64,000 nucleotides of DNA from the NCBI GenBank assembly GCA_963717935.1, contig CAVQXP010000002.1, positions 64,001 through 128,000 on the forward strand, in the 5' to 3' direction. Position 1 is the first letter of the stretch. Every line of letters begins with the position of its first letter. The DNA is from Candidatus Eiseniibacteriota bacterium. GTDB lineage: Bacteria > Eisenbacteria > RBG-16-71-46. Below, piece by piece: positions 20,330-29,456 of the stretch. The notes beneath the pieces were generated by a model that saw only the letters and a list, made by a program, of their open reading frames with translations, ran no database searches and was not told the DNA's origin. A program made the position numbers and the translations under genes.

Positions 20330-21883
20330 ATGGACGCATCGCGCATTCGCCGTACACCGGACCCGCGGTCGTGGCGGAACACCGTATGGATGCTCTTCGC
20401 GGGCGCGCTGCTCGCGCTCCCCGTCCCCGCGCCGGCCGCCGGGTCGTCCCGCGGGCCCGTGGGCATCCCGCCCGGTATCCAGGTGCCGGTCCTCGAACAG
20501 GCCGAAGGCCCGGTCTACGTCGTCGAGGCATACCCCCGCGTGCTCTCGGCCCGCTTCCCCGGGCTGAAGCTCCTCGCCGAATGGGAAGGGGGCGCGCTCG
20601 TCGCCGGTCCCGATGGGGCCATCGATTCCCTCGCCGCCCTCGGCTACGAGGTGCGCCGCGTCTCCGGCCAGGCGCTCCTTCCGGTGGCGCCCCCGTCGGG
20701 GCCGCAGGCCCTGGCCGGGTACGACATGCGCGTCCAGTCGGTCATGGACCAGGTCGTGCAGGCCGACCTCGTGGCCCTGCTGAACGGTCTCTCGGGGGAG
20801 ACGCCCGTCACCATCGGGGAGGCGAGCCAGGTCATCGGCACGCGCTATTCCACCTCCGACGGCTGTCGCCTGGCCGAGCAGTACGTCCTCGAGACCCTGC
20901 AGGCCTCGGGGCTGCCGGTCGAATATCAGACGTACGGCACGAGCGGCTGGCGCAATGTCGTCGCCACGCACGCCGGCGTGTCGCGGCCCGGGCGCCAGGT
21001 CCTGGTCACGGCCCATCTCGATGACATGCCCAGCACGTCGCCGATCGCCCCCGGGGCCGACGACAACGGCAGCGGGTCGGTCACGGTCCTGCGCGCCGCG
21101 CAGATCATGGCCACGCTCCCGTTCCAGAAGACGATCCGCTTCATCTGCTTCACCGGGGAGGAGCAGGGGCTCGTCGGGAGCCATGCCTACGCCGTAAGCG
21201 CCGCGGCGCGCGGGGACACCATCGACGCGGTGGTGAACCTCGACATGATCGCGTACGAGTCGGACGACGTGGACTTCATCGAGCTCCACGCCGGGACGCA
21301 GGTGGCCTCGGCTGCCATCGCCGACGTCTTCATCGGCGTGAACACGGACTACGGTCTCGGTCTCGAGCCCCAGAAGATCACCGTGGGGTCCACCTACGCC
21401 AGCGATCACGCGTCGTTCTGGGCCGTCGGGTACCCGGCGATCCTCGCGATCGAGGACATGCAGGACTTCACACCCTGGTACCACACGACGGCGGATCGCG
21501 TCGCGACCCTCGACCCGGGCTTCTTCACCCGCCTGGCGAAGGCCGCGGTCGGAACGGTGGCGACCCTGGCGGAGCCCGCCTGGGCCCTCGGTGTGGAGCC
21601 GCCGGCGCCGGCGGCCTTCATCACGATGGGTCCGAACCCGACCCCGCGTGGCACGGTGCTGCGGCTCTCGCTGCCGGCCCCGGCCGAGGTGCGCCTGGAG
21701 CTCTTCGACCTGGCGGGTCGCAGCCTGCGGACGCTCGGCGGAGGGGTCCGGCCGGCCGGCGTGAGCGAGATCCCCTGGGACGGTCTCGATGCGACGGGGA
21801 ACGTCGCGCCCGCGGGCGTGGTGTTCTACCGCGCGAGCGTGGGGGAGAAGGTCTTCTCCGGGCGGTTCATCGTTCTGAGATGA
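20330..21883 (+). CDS. Exported M28 aminopeptidase with CTD
   Basis: Signal peptide; AHLD, PGADDNGSG, GEEQGLVGS, NLDM, SDHASF, YHT; CTD GPNP...LFDLAGRSLR...WDG...AGVVFYR. Confidence 0.88.
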   Translation: MDASRIRRTPDPRSWRNTVWMLFAGALLALPVPAPAAGSSRGPVGIPPGIQVPVLEQAEGPVYVVEAYPRVLSARFPGLKLLAEWEGGALVAGPDGAIDSLAALGYEVRRVSGQALLPVAPPSGPQALAGYDMRVQSVMDQVVQADLVALLNGLSGETPVTIGEASQVIGTRYSTSDGCRLAEQYVLETLQASGLPVEYQTYGTSGWRNVVATHAGVSRPGRQVLVTAHLDDMPSTSPIAPGADDNGSGSVTVLRAAQIMATLPFQKTIRFICFTGEEQGLVGSHAYAVSAAARGDTIDAVVNLDMIAYESDDVDFIELHAGTQVASAAIADVFIGVNTDYGLGLEPQKITVGSTYASDHASFWAVGYPAILAIEDMQDFTPWYHTTADRVATLDPGFFTRLAKAAVGTVATLAEPAWALGVEPPAPAAFITMGPNPTPRGTVLRLSLPAPAEVRLELFDLAGRSLRTLGGGVRPAGVSEIPWDGLDATGNVAPAGVVFYRASVGEKVFSGRFIVLR

Positions 21884-21998
21884 GGCCGGGTGTCCCGCTC
21901 CGAGGCGGGACTCCGTAGACCAGGTGGAGCGACCGCCGCAGCGCCACCCCGGGCTCCCCGGGCGCAACCCGGCGGCTGGGCCCCCGAACATCCTACGG

Positions 21999-22033
21999 TT
22001 GCGCCGCCGTCCTGCCGAATGTATACTATGCAC
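21999..22033 (+). promoter_or_regulatory. Sigma70 promoter, probably leaderless
   Basis: TTGCGC-17nt-TATACT (extended TG)-6nt-ATG 22034. Confidence 0.65.
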
Positions 22034-22531
22034 ATGGCCACGAGAGCGAACGTAGACCAAGGTCTTGACGCCAAGGACCGCAACATCCTGGCGTTGATCC
22101 AGCGCGACGGGAAGATGAGCCAGGCGCTCATCGCCAAGCACGTCGGGCTGTCCACCGCGGCTGTCAACGAGCGTCTGAAGAAGCTCGAGCAGGCCGGGGT
22201 CATCCGCCGCTTCACCGCGCTGGTGGATCCCAAGGCCATCGGCATCCAGGTCACCGCGTTCATCGAGGTCTTCATCGAGCACCCGCGCTACGAGGAACCG
22301 TTCATCAAGCGGATCCTCGAGCTGGACGAGGTGCAGGAGTGTCATCACATCACGGGGGAATTCTCCGTGCTCCTCAAGGTCCGCGTGCGCGACATGGAGT
22401 CGCTCCAGCGGTTGGTCATCAGCCAGCTCAATGGTGCCGAAGGCGTACGCCAGACCCGGACCGTCATGGTGCTCTCGACGGTCAAGGAGGAGAGCTACAT
22501 CGCGACCGGCGCAGAAGGAGAGACGAGATGA
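22034..22531 (+). CDS. Lrp/AsnC family transcriptional regulator
   Basis: LDAKDRNILALIQRDGK, IAKHVGLS..AVNERLKKLEQAGVI, ECHHITGE, GVRQTRT. Confidence 0.93.
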   Translation: MATRANVDQGLDAKDRNILALIQRDGKMSQALIAKHVGLSTAAVNERLKKLEQAGVIRRFTALVDPKAIGIQVTAFIEVFIEHPRYEEPFIKRILELDEVQECHHITGEFSVLLKVRVRDMESLQRLVISQLNGAEGVRQTRTVMVLSTVKEESYIATGAEGETR

Positions 22532-23883
22532 ACCCGACGACCACGCCCGCCGGACGGATCGCCCCGGCCGAGGTGCACGCCACGCTCGCCCGGCACATGC
22601 TGGCCGACGGCTACGACATGGTGCTCGATCTCGACAAGAGCCAGGGCCGGCGCCTGTGGGACGCCCGCAGCGGCCGCTGGATCCTCGACATGTTCTCGTT
22701 CTTCGCCACGCTGCCGGTGGGGCTCAACCACCCGCGGCTCAAGGAGCCCGAGTTCCTCGCCCGGCTCACCCGCGCCGCGCTCGCCAACCCCGCCAACTCG
22801 GACATCTACACGGTCGAGTTCGCCGAGTTCGTGGACGTCTTCGGGCGCGTCGCCCAGCCGGCCTACCTGCCGCACGCCTTCTTCGTCGCCGGGGGCGCGC
22901 TCGGCGTCGAGAACGCGCTGAAGGCCGCCTTCGACTGGAAGGTGCGCCGCAACTTCAGGAAGGGCTCCCGCGAGGAGAAGGGCCACCAGGTCCTGCACTT
23001 CCGCGAGGCCTTCCACGGCCGCTCCGGCTACACGCTCTCGATGACCAACACCGCGGACCCCCGCAAGCACCAGTACTTCCCCAAGTTCGACTGGCCGCGC
23101 ATCGCGAATCCCGTGCTGCGCTTCCCCGTGGACGCGGCCGAGCTGGAGCGGGTCCAGAAGGCCGAGGCCGAGTCGCTCGCGCAGGCCAAGGCGGCCTTCC
23201 GCGAGCGCAAGGACGACATCGCCTGCGTGCTGATCGAGCCCATCCAGGCCGAGGGCGGCGACAACCACTTCCGCGGCGAGTTCCTGCGCGCGCTGCGTGA
23301 CCTGGCCCGCGAGAACGAGGCGTTCTTCGCGGTCGACGAGGTGCAGAGCGGCGTCGCGCTCACCGGCCGCATGTGGGCGCACCAGCACTTCGGTCTCGAG
23401 CCCGACCTGCTCGCCTTCGGCAAGAAGATGCAGGTCTGCGGCATGATGGCCGGCCCCATGATCGACGAGGAGCCGGAGAACGTCTTCAAGGTGTCGAGCC
23501 GCCTCAACTCGACCTGGGGCGGGAACCTGGTGGACATGGTGCGCGCCCAGCGCTACCTCGAGATCATCGAGGAGGAGCGCCTGGTGGACCACGCCGCGAC
23601 CGCCGGCGAGCACCTGCGACGCGGGCTCGAGGCGCTGGTGGCCTGGCGCCCCGACGTGCTGTCGAACGCGCGCGGGCGCGGCCTCATGTGCGCGATCGAG
23701 TTCTCGGAGGGCCCGGTGCGCGACGCCGTGCAGGAGAAGGCCTACGAGCTGGGGATGATGATCCTCGGCTGCGGGCTCACGAGCCTGCGCTTCCGGCCGC
23801 CGCTCGACACCACCTTGGCGGAGCTCGACGAGGCGCTCGGCATCCTGAAGAAGGCGGTCGAGGCCACCTCGAAGAAGTCGTAG
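22528..23883 (+). CDS. lat: L-lysine 6-aminotransferase (class III PLP)
   Basis: HMLADG, LDMFSFFA, NPANSDIY, GALGVENALKAAFDWK, AFHGRSGYTLS, EPIQAEGGD, DEVQ, FGKK, NSTWGGNL. Confidence 0.9.
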   Translation: MNPTTTPAGRIAPAEVHATLARHMLADGYDMVLDLDKSQGRRLWDARSGRWILDMFSFFATLPVGLNHPRLKEPEFLARLTRAALANPANSDIYTVEFAEFVDVFGRVAQPAYLPHAFFVAGGALGVENALKAAFDWKVRRNFRKGSREEKGHQVLHFREAFHGRSGYTLSMTNTADPRKHQYFPKFDWPRIANPVLRFPVDAAELERVQKAEAESLAQAKAAFRERKDDIACVLIEPIQAEGGDNHFRGEFLRALRDLARENEAFFAVDEVQSGVALTGRMWAHQHFGLEPDLLAFGKKMQVCGMMAGPMIDEEPENVFKVSSRLNSTWGGNLVDMVRAQRYLEIIEEERLVDHAATAGEHLRRGLEALVAWRPDVLSNARGRGLMCAIEFSEGPVRDAVQEKAYELGMMILGCGLTSLRFRPPLDTTLAELDEALGILKKAVEATSKKS

Positions 23884-24004
23884 CGACGCGGGGGCCGCAC
23901 CCCGTGAACGCGCCACCGGTGCCCTTCGCGATAGGGGACGGCCGGTGGCGCTTCGCTTTGGCGGGCCATACCCGCCGCCCGCCGCCGGTGGTAGTCTGCT
24001 GCCG

Positions 24005-25516
24005 ATGAGCGCCTCCGAGAAGCCCCGCTTCCGTGGCTCGGCCGCGGTCGTGCTCCTGCGCGGGCACGGCCTCGACCTCGAGACCTGGTGGGTGCGGCGC
24101 AGCGATGCCGTGAGCATCATGCCCGGTTTCGATGCGTTCCCCGGCGGCGCCATCGAGCCGACCGACGCCGGGCTCCCGATCGAAGGCGTCGCCGACGAGG
24201 GCGAGCGCGTGCTGCGCGCCTGCGCCATCCGCGAGGCGTTCGAGGAGGCGGGCGTGCTGATCGGGCTCGTCGCTCCCACGAGCTGTGGGCCCGAGCGGCT
24301 GCTCGAGGCGCGCCAGAACCTGCTGGCCGGCGTGGTCACCTTCCCCCGGCTCGCCTGGGAGTGCGGCTGGCGCTTCCGCGCCGACGCGCTGACCTTCGCC
24401 GGGCGCTGGCAGACGCCGCCGTTCACGCCCGTGCGCTTCGACGCGAGCTACTTCCTCGCGCGCGTGCCGGAGGGGCAGGAGCCGAGCGTGCACGGGGTCG
24501 AGCTGGTGTCGGGCGAGTGGATCCGGCCGCTCGACGCCCTCGACCGCTACCACGACGGGCGCGCGGCCTTCGCCACGCCCATCCTGCACGCCCTGCTCGC
24601 GCTGGCCGAGGGCGAGGACGACCTGCCCGCGCGCCTGGCCCAGGGCCCCGAGCTGGCCGCCTATCCCGTGCGGCGCATGGAGTTCAAGTGGGGCATCGTG
24701 CTCCACCCCATGAAGACCCGGCCGCTGCCGCCCGCCACGCACACCAACGCCTACCTCGTGGGCGAGCGCGAGCTGGCGCTCGTGGACCCCGGCAGCGGCG
24801 ATCCCGACGAGCTGGAATCGCTCTCCACGCTGCTCGAGGTGCTGCGCGTCGAGGGCCGCCGGCTCAAGCTCATCCTGCTCACGCACCACCACCCCGACCA
24901 CACCGGCGGCGTGGCGGCCGTGCAGAAGCGCTGGCGCGTGCCCGTGGCCGCGCACCCCGAGACCGCGCGCCACCTGCACGTGGACCAGGTGCTCGCCGAC
25001 GGCGAGCGCGTGAGCCTCGCGCCCGGGCTCGGCGACTGGGACCTGCGCGTGCTGCACACGCCCGGGCACGCGCAGGGGCACCTCGCGTTCCTGCACGAGC
25101 GCACCCGGTCGCTGCTCTGCGGCGACGTCATCCCTGGCGGCAAGGGCACCGTCATCCTCGACCCGCCCGACGGCGAGCTGGTGCCCTACCTGGCCTCGCT
25201 CGAGCGGCTGCTGGCCGAGCCCGTCGAGACCCTGTTCCCCGCGCACGGCTCGCCGCAGGGCGCGGCGCCGCAGCGCATCCGCTGGCTGATCCAGCACCGG
25301 CTCAGGCGCGAACGGCTCGTGCTCGAGGCTCTCGGCGCCGAGCTGCAGGAGCTGCCCGCGCTGGTCGAGCGCGTCTATACCGACACGCCCGGCGAGCTGT
25401 GGGCCTACGCCGAGCGCACCCTGCTCGCGCACCTGCTCAAGCTCGAGGCCGATCGCCGTGTCGTGCGCGAGGGCGAACGCTGGCGGCTGGCCGCGCCCGG
25501 GCCGCCCGCGCCGTGA
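24005..25516 (+). CDS. NUDIX plus metallo-beta-lactamase-fold (LACTB2-like) fusion
   Basis: FPGG...AIREAFEEAG NUDIX box; THHHPDHTGG, HTPGH, CGD, PAHG; C-terminal winged-helix-like AHLLKL; TAGTCT 7 nt before ATG. Confidence 0.88.
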   Translation: MSASEKPRFRGSAAVVLLRGHGLDLETWWVRRSDAVSIMPGFDAFPGGAIEPTDAGLPIEGVADEGERVLRACAIREAFEEAGVLIGLVAPTSCGPERLLEARQNLLAGVVTFPRLAWECGWRFRADALTFAGRWQTPPFTPVRFDASYFLARVPEGQEPSVHGVELVSGEWIRPLDALDRYHDGRAAFATPILHALLALAEGEDDLPARLAQGPELAAYPVRRMEFKWGIVLHPMKTRPLPPATHTNAYLVGERELALVDPGSGDPDELESLSTLLEVLRVEGRRLKLILLTHHHPDHTGGVAAVQKRWRVPVAAHPETARHLHVDQVLADGERVSLAPGLGDWDLRVLHTPGHAQGHLAFLHERTRSLLCGDVIPGGKGTVILDPPDGELVPYLASLERLLAEPVETLFPAHGSPQGAAPQRIRWLIQHRLRRERLVLEALGAELQELPALVERVYTDTPGELWAYAERTLLAHLLKLEADRRVVREGERWRLAAPGPPAP

Positions 25517-25556
25517 GGCGGGCCGTGTGCGGGGGAGCGGAAGCGACGGCCGCTTC

Positions 25557-27003
25557 GTGAGCCGGAGCGTCGCCGTCGTCGGCGCGGGCGCCGCGGGCCT
25601 CACCGCCGCTCTGCGCGCGGCTGAGGCCGGGGCGCACGTGACGCTGCTCAACGCGCACCCGAAGGTCGGGCTGAAGATCCTCATGTCCGGCGGGACGCGC
25701 TGCAACGTCACCCACCGCGAGGTCGGGGCGCGCGACTTCCAGGGCGGCTCGCGCAACGTCGTGGCGCGCATCCTGCGCGCGTTCCCGCCGGAGGCGACGC
25801 GCGAGTGGTTCGAGTCGCTCGGCGTGCCGCTCGTGCTCGAAGAGAGCGGCAAGTACTTCCCCGCGAGCGAGGATGCGCAGACGGTGCTCGACGCGCTGCT
25901 CGGCGCGATCGAACGGGCCGGTGTCACGATGGAGAGCGGGGCGCGCGTCGTGAGGCTCGAGCGCGCGGGCGGCCCGGGCGGTGACGCGGGCGAGTGCGCG
26001 GGGGACGCGGCGGGGGAGAGCGGGGGCTGGCGGCTCGGCGTCCAGAGCATGAAGGTGAGTGGCGACTTCTCCGCCGCGGCGCACGCCGTGGGCGAGGCGT
26101 GCTGGCCGCTGCCCGCGGCCGAGCCCGACCGCTGGATCGAGGCCGATGCCGTCGTGCTCGCCACCGGCGGGCTCTCGTTCCCGCGCACCGGCAGCGACGG
26201 CACCGGCTACGCCCTGGCCGCCGCTCTCGGCCACACGATCGTGGCCCCGGTGCCCGCGCTCACGCCGCTCACCGCCGCCGACCCGCTCTGCACGCAACTG
26301 CAGGGCGTCACCGTTGACGTGGAGCTGACGCTCGCGGTGGGCGGGAAGCGCGCCGAGCCCGCGCGCGGCTCGTTCCTCTTCGCCCACTTCGGCTACTCCG
26401 GTCCCGCGGCACTCGACCTCTCGCGCTCGTGGCTGCGCGCGGAGGGCCGCGGCGAGCGCGCGGTGACCGCGAACTTCCTGCCCGGCGAGACGCGCGAGAG
26501 CCTGCTCGCCGCCTGGCAGCGCGAGACCGCCCCCGAGCCGCGGCTCCAGGTGCGGCACTGGCTCGGCCGCCGGCTGCCCGACCGGCTCGTGCTGGCGCTC
26601 TGCGCCGAGGCCGGCGTGGACGCCGGGGCGTACGCGAGCCAGACCAGCCGCGCGCATCGTGCCGCCCTCGTCGAGTACCTCTGCGCGCGCGCGCTGCCCG
26701 TGGACGGCACGCTGGGCTACGAGAAGGCCGAGGTCACCGCCGGCGGCGTCGCGCTCGACGAGGTGGACGCGAGCACGCTCGAGTCACGCAAGGCGCGCGG
26801 GCTCTACCTCTGCGGCGAGGTGCTCGACGTGGACGGGAGGCTGGGGGGATTCAACTTCCAGTGGGCGTGGTCGTCCGGCACCGTCGGCGGGGCGGGTCGC
26901 GGGGCGGGCGGCGGACCGGCGGTCGCGGTGGGGGCCGATGGCTCGGCGGCGACGCGGTCGGGACTCTCGCGGGCCAACCCCGGGGCACTCGCCGCGCGCG
27001 TAG
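25557..27003 (+). CDS. HI0933/YhiN (BaiN-like) flavoprotein, frameshift near 26886
   Basis: VVGAGAAG, KILMSGGTRCNVT, LATGGLSFPRTGSDG, VTAGGV, GEVLDVDG..GGFNFQWAWSSG; removing one G gives ...GTVAGRVAG and a stop at 27003. Confidence 0.88.
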
Positions 27004-27033
27004 GTCACATGCGCGCGGCGAGTCCCATGCCGC

Positions 27034-27678
27034 TTACCTTATCGGCACCACGCGGGCCTGCTCCACCAGGGCCCTCGCCGCCAGATTGCCGCCGGCCTTC
27101 TCGGCGTCCGCCCGGCTCTCGAACCGGCCCAGGTAGACGTGATAGGAGCCGTCGGCTCCGGCGCGCGCGACCCGGGCCGTGAGGTTCGTGCTGGCCTTGA
27201 GTTCCTCCGCCCTCTCCTGGGCCCGGTCCTCGAACAGGAACCCGCCCGTATCGAGAGCGAACGGACCCTCCTCCTCATCGAGAACGATGCCCGCCGCCCG
27301 GGCCTGCCGGACGATGATCCGGCGCTGCTGCCACTTGGGCAGCTTGTTGAAGGCGGCGATCGAGTCGGCGCGGGCCACGGCGGCCAGGCTGTCGGCCGTC
27401 TGCACGCGGGCGATGGAGTCCGCGACCGCTGCAGCGCGCACGGCGGCGCGTTCGGCCTCGGCCTTGGCCTTCTGCTGGGCGCTGACGAACCACCAGCCGA
27501 CGGCCACCAGCGCGACGACGATCACCAGCGTGAACATCCAGGCGCCGGCAGAGGACTTCTTGCCCTTCGCCTGCGCGTTGTCGAGTTTCTCGCGCAGGCG
27601 CGGCGACAGCAGCGGCTCGGTCCTCGATGGGGGCTGGGTGGGCTTGGTCCCAGGATCACGATCCTCAGGTTCGTTCAT
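27034..27678 (-). CDS. Bitopic membrane protein with helical stalk and C-terminal SPOR-like domain
   Basis: GGAGG RBS; one TM; Ala-rich stalk; YHVYLGRFESRADAE. Confidence 0.75.
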   Translation of the reverse strand: MNEPEDRDPGTKPTQPPSRTEPLLSPRLREKLDNAQAKGKKSSAGAWMFTLVIVVALVAVGWWFVSAQQKAKAEAERAAVRAAAVADSIARVQTADSLAAVARADSIAAFNKLPKWQQRRIIVRQARAAGIVLDEEEGPFALDTGGFLFEDRAQERAEELKASTNLTARVARAGADGSYHVYLGRFESRADAEKAGGNLAARALVEQARVVPIR

Positions 27679-28127
27679 GGTTCCTCCTGTGGTGCGCCGA
27701 TGGACGGCATCGGGCCCGAGAGCGGCGCTTGAGCCTCTCCGGGGACGGCCGGGATACTACCAAGTTTCACGACGATGGCACCTCTGATCTGCGCCGTGCC
27801 CCCGGGGGGGATGGCCGGCCCCGACTCGCCGGGGGCATGTGTGGCCACCGCGGTGGCAGGGGACCTTCCCGCCGCCCGCGCCAGGACGCGAGCCGACCCC
27901 GCGCCACTGCCGCGCAACGGAGTCCGCCTTCCGGGGCACGGCGGCAGGATGCTAGCCTGACAGCGCGAGAGAAGAATCCTCTTCCCTCGATTGCTCCTTC
28001 CGCGGCGCGGACCACGGCCGGCGGAAGATGTACTACTATCACATGCTGGGCATGCGTTCGATGTCGCGGTGGAGGAAGGACATGCTGGAGCGAGCGGGGA
28101 AGTGACCGGCTCCAGGCTCGACTGACC

Positions 28128-29456
28128 ATGAGTCCGGACCGTCTCTGTGCCTGGGTCGTGACCGCCGACATGGGGTTGGGCCACCAGCGTGCCGCGCACG
28201 CCCTGGCGTACCTCGCGCACGAGGGTGTCCTCACGGCCGGCAGCCCGGGCGCCACCGATGAAGACGAAGCCCGCTTCTGGCGCCGGCTCACCTGGACCTA
28301 CGAGTCCCTCTCGCGCGCCAGGAACATGCCGTTCGTGGGCGGCGCGGTCTTCGGCCTGCTGGACCATCTGCTGCACATCCCGCCCTTCTATCCGCTGCGG
28401 GACCTCTCGAAGCCGTCGCTCAACAACTACCTCGTGGACCACCTGATCCGGAAGGGGCTGGGCCGCTCGATACTCGAACGGCTGCGCTCACGCCGGCTGC
28501 CGGTGATCTCGACCTTCTATGCCCCATCGCTCGTCGCGGACCACGCCCGCTTCGCCCCGGTGTACAGCGTCATCTGCGATGCCGACCTGAATCGCGTCTG
28601 GGTGGCGTCGAAGGTGGCGCAGAGCCGCATCCAGTACTTCGCGCCCTGCGGCCGGGTCATGCGGCGCCTGCGTCAGTACGGCGTCCCCGACGAGCGCATC
28701 TTCATCACCGGCTTCCCGCTCCCGCGCGGGAACATCGGCGGACCGGGGATGGAGACGCTCCGGGCGGACCTGTTGCAGCGGCTGGGACGGCTCGACCCGC
28801 GGGGGCGATTCGCCTCGGTCTTCGGCGCCACGGTGCAGGAGATGCTGGGCGAGCGGCCGCAGCCGGTGCCCGGCGGTGCCCGGGTCACGGTGACCTTCGC
28901 GGTGGGCGGGGCGGGAGCGCAGACCGAGATCGGCCTGCAGCTGGCGCAGAGCCTCAAGCCGGGCATCCTGGACGGCCGGTTCCGGCTCGCGCTGGTGGCG
29001 GGCGTGAACCCGCTGGTCGAGCGCCTGTTCCAGGGGTTCGTGAGCCGCATCGGCCTGGACGCCGCGCTCGGCGACGGCGTGCTGATCGTGCACGAGGAGC
29101 GCAAGCCCGACTACTTCGAGCGATTCAACGCGCTGATGCGCGAGACCGACGTCCTCTGGACCAAGCCGAGCGAGCTGTCGTTCTACTCGGGGCTCGGCAT
29201 CCCGATCGTGATGGCTCCGCCGCTCGGCTCGCAGGAGGGCAAGAACATGCGGTGGTTGATGGACAAGGGCGCCGCGCTGCCGCAGTACACGCCCGCGCTG
29301 GCCCTGGAGTGGCTGTCCGACATGTTGAAGGACGGCGTGCTCGCCGAGAAGGCGTTCAGCGGGTTCGTCAAGAACCGCACGCTCGGGGTCTACAAGATCG
29401 AAGAGGTGCTCCGGACCGGGACGATGGCGAGAGAGACCCACCCGCTCAGGCGCTAG
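28128..29456 (+). CDS. GT-B-fold glycosyltransferase-like protein (MGDG-synthase/UgtP-like)
   Basis: DMGLGHQRAA, ISTF, VICDAD, ITGFP, GGAG, DVLWTKPSEL, PLGSQE..N. Confidence 0.65.
   Translation: MSPDRLCAWVVTADMGLGHQRAAHALAYLAHEGVLTAGSPGATDEDEARFWRRLTWTYESLSRARNMPFVGGAVFGLLDHLLHIPPFYPLRDLSKPSLNNYLVDHLIRKGLGRSILERLRSRRLPVISTFYAPSLVADHARFAPVYSVICDADLNRVWVASKVAQSRIQYFAPCGRVMRRLRQYGVPDERIFITGFPLPRGNIGGPGMETLRADLLQRLGRLDPRGRFASVFGATVQEMLGERPQPVPGGARVTVTFAVGGAGAQTEIGLQLAQSLKPGILDGRFRLALVAGVNPLVERLFQGFVSRIGLDAALGDGVLIVHEERKPDYFERFNALMRETDVLWTKPSELSFYSGLGIPIVMAPPLGSQEGKNMRWLMDKGAALPQYTPALALEWLSDMLKDGVLAEKAFSGFVKNRTLGVYKIEEVLRTGTMARETHPLRR

Noticed and set aside
27003..27182. Real overlap between the HI0933 gene and the convergent SPOR gene
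   Set aside because: Explained by one extra G near 26886; the corrected frame stops at 27003
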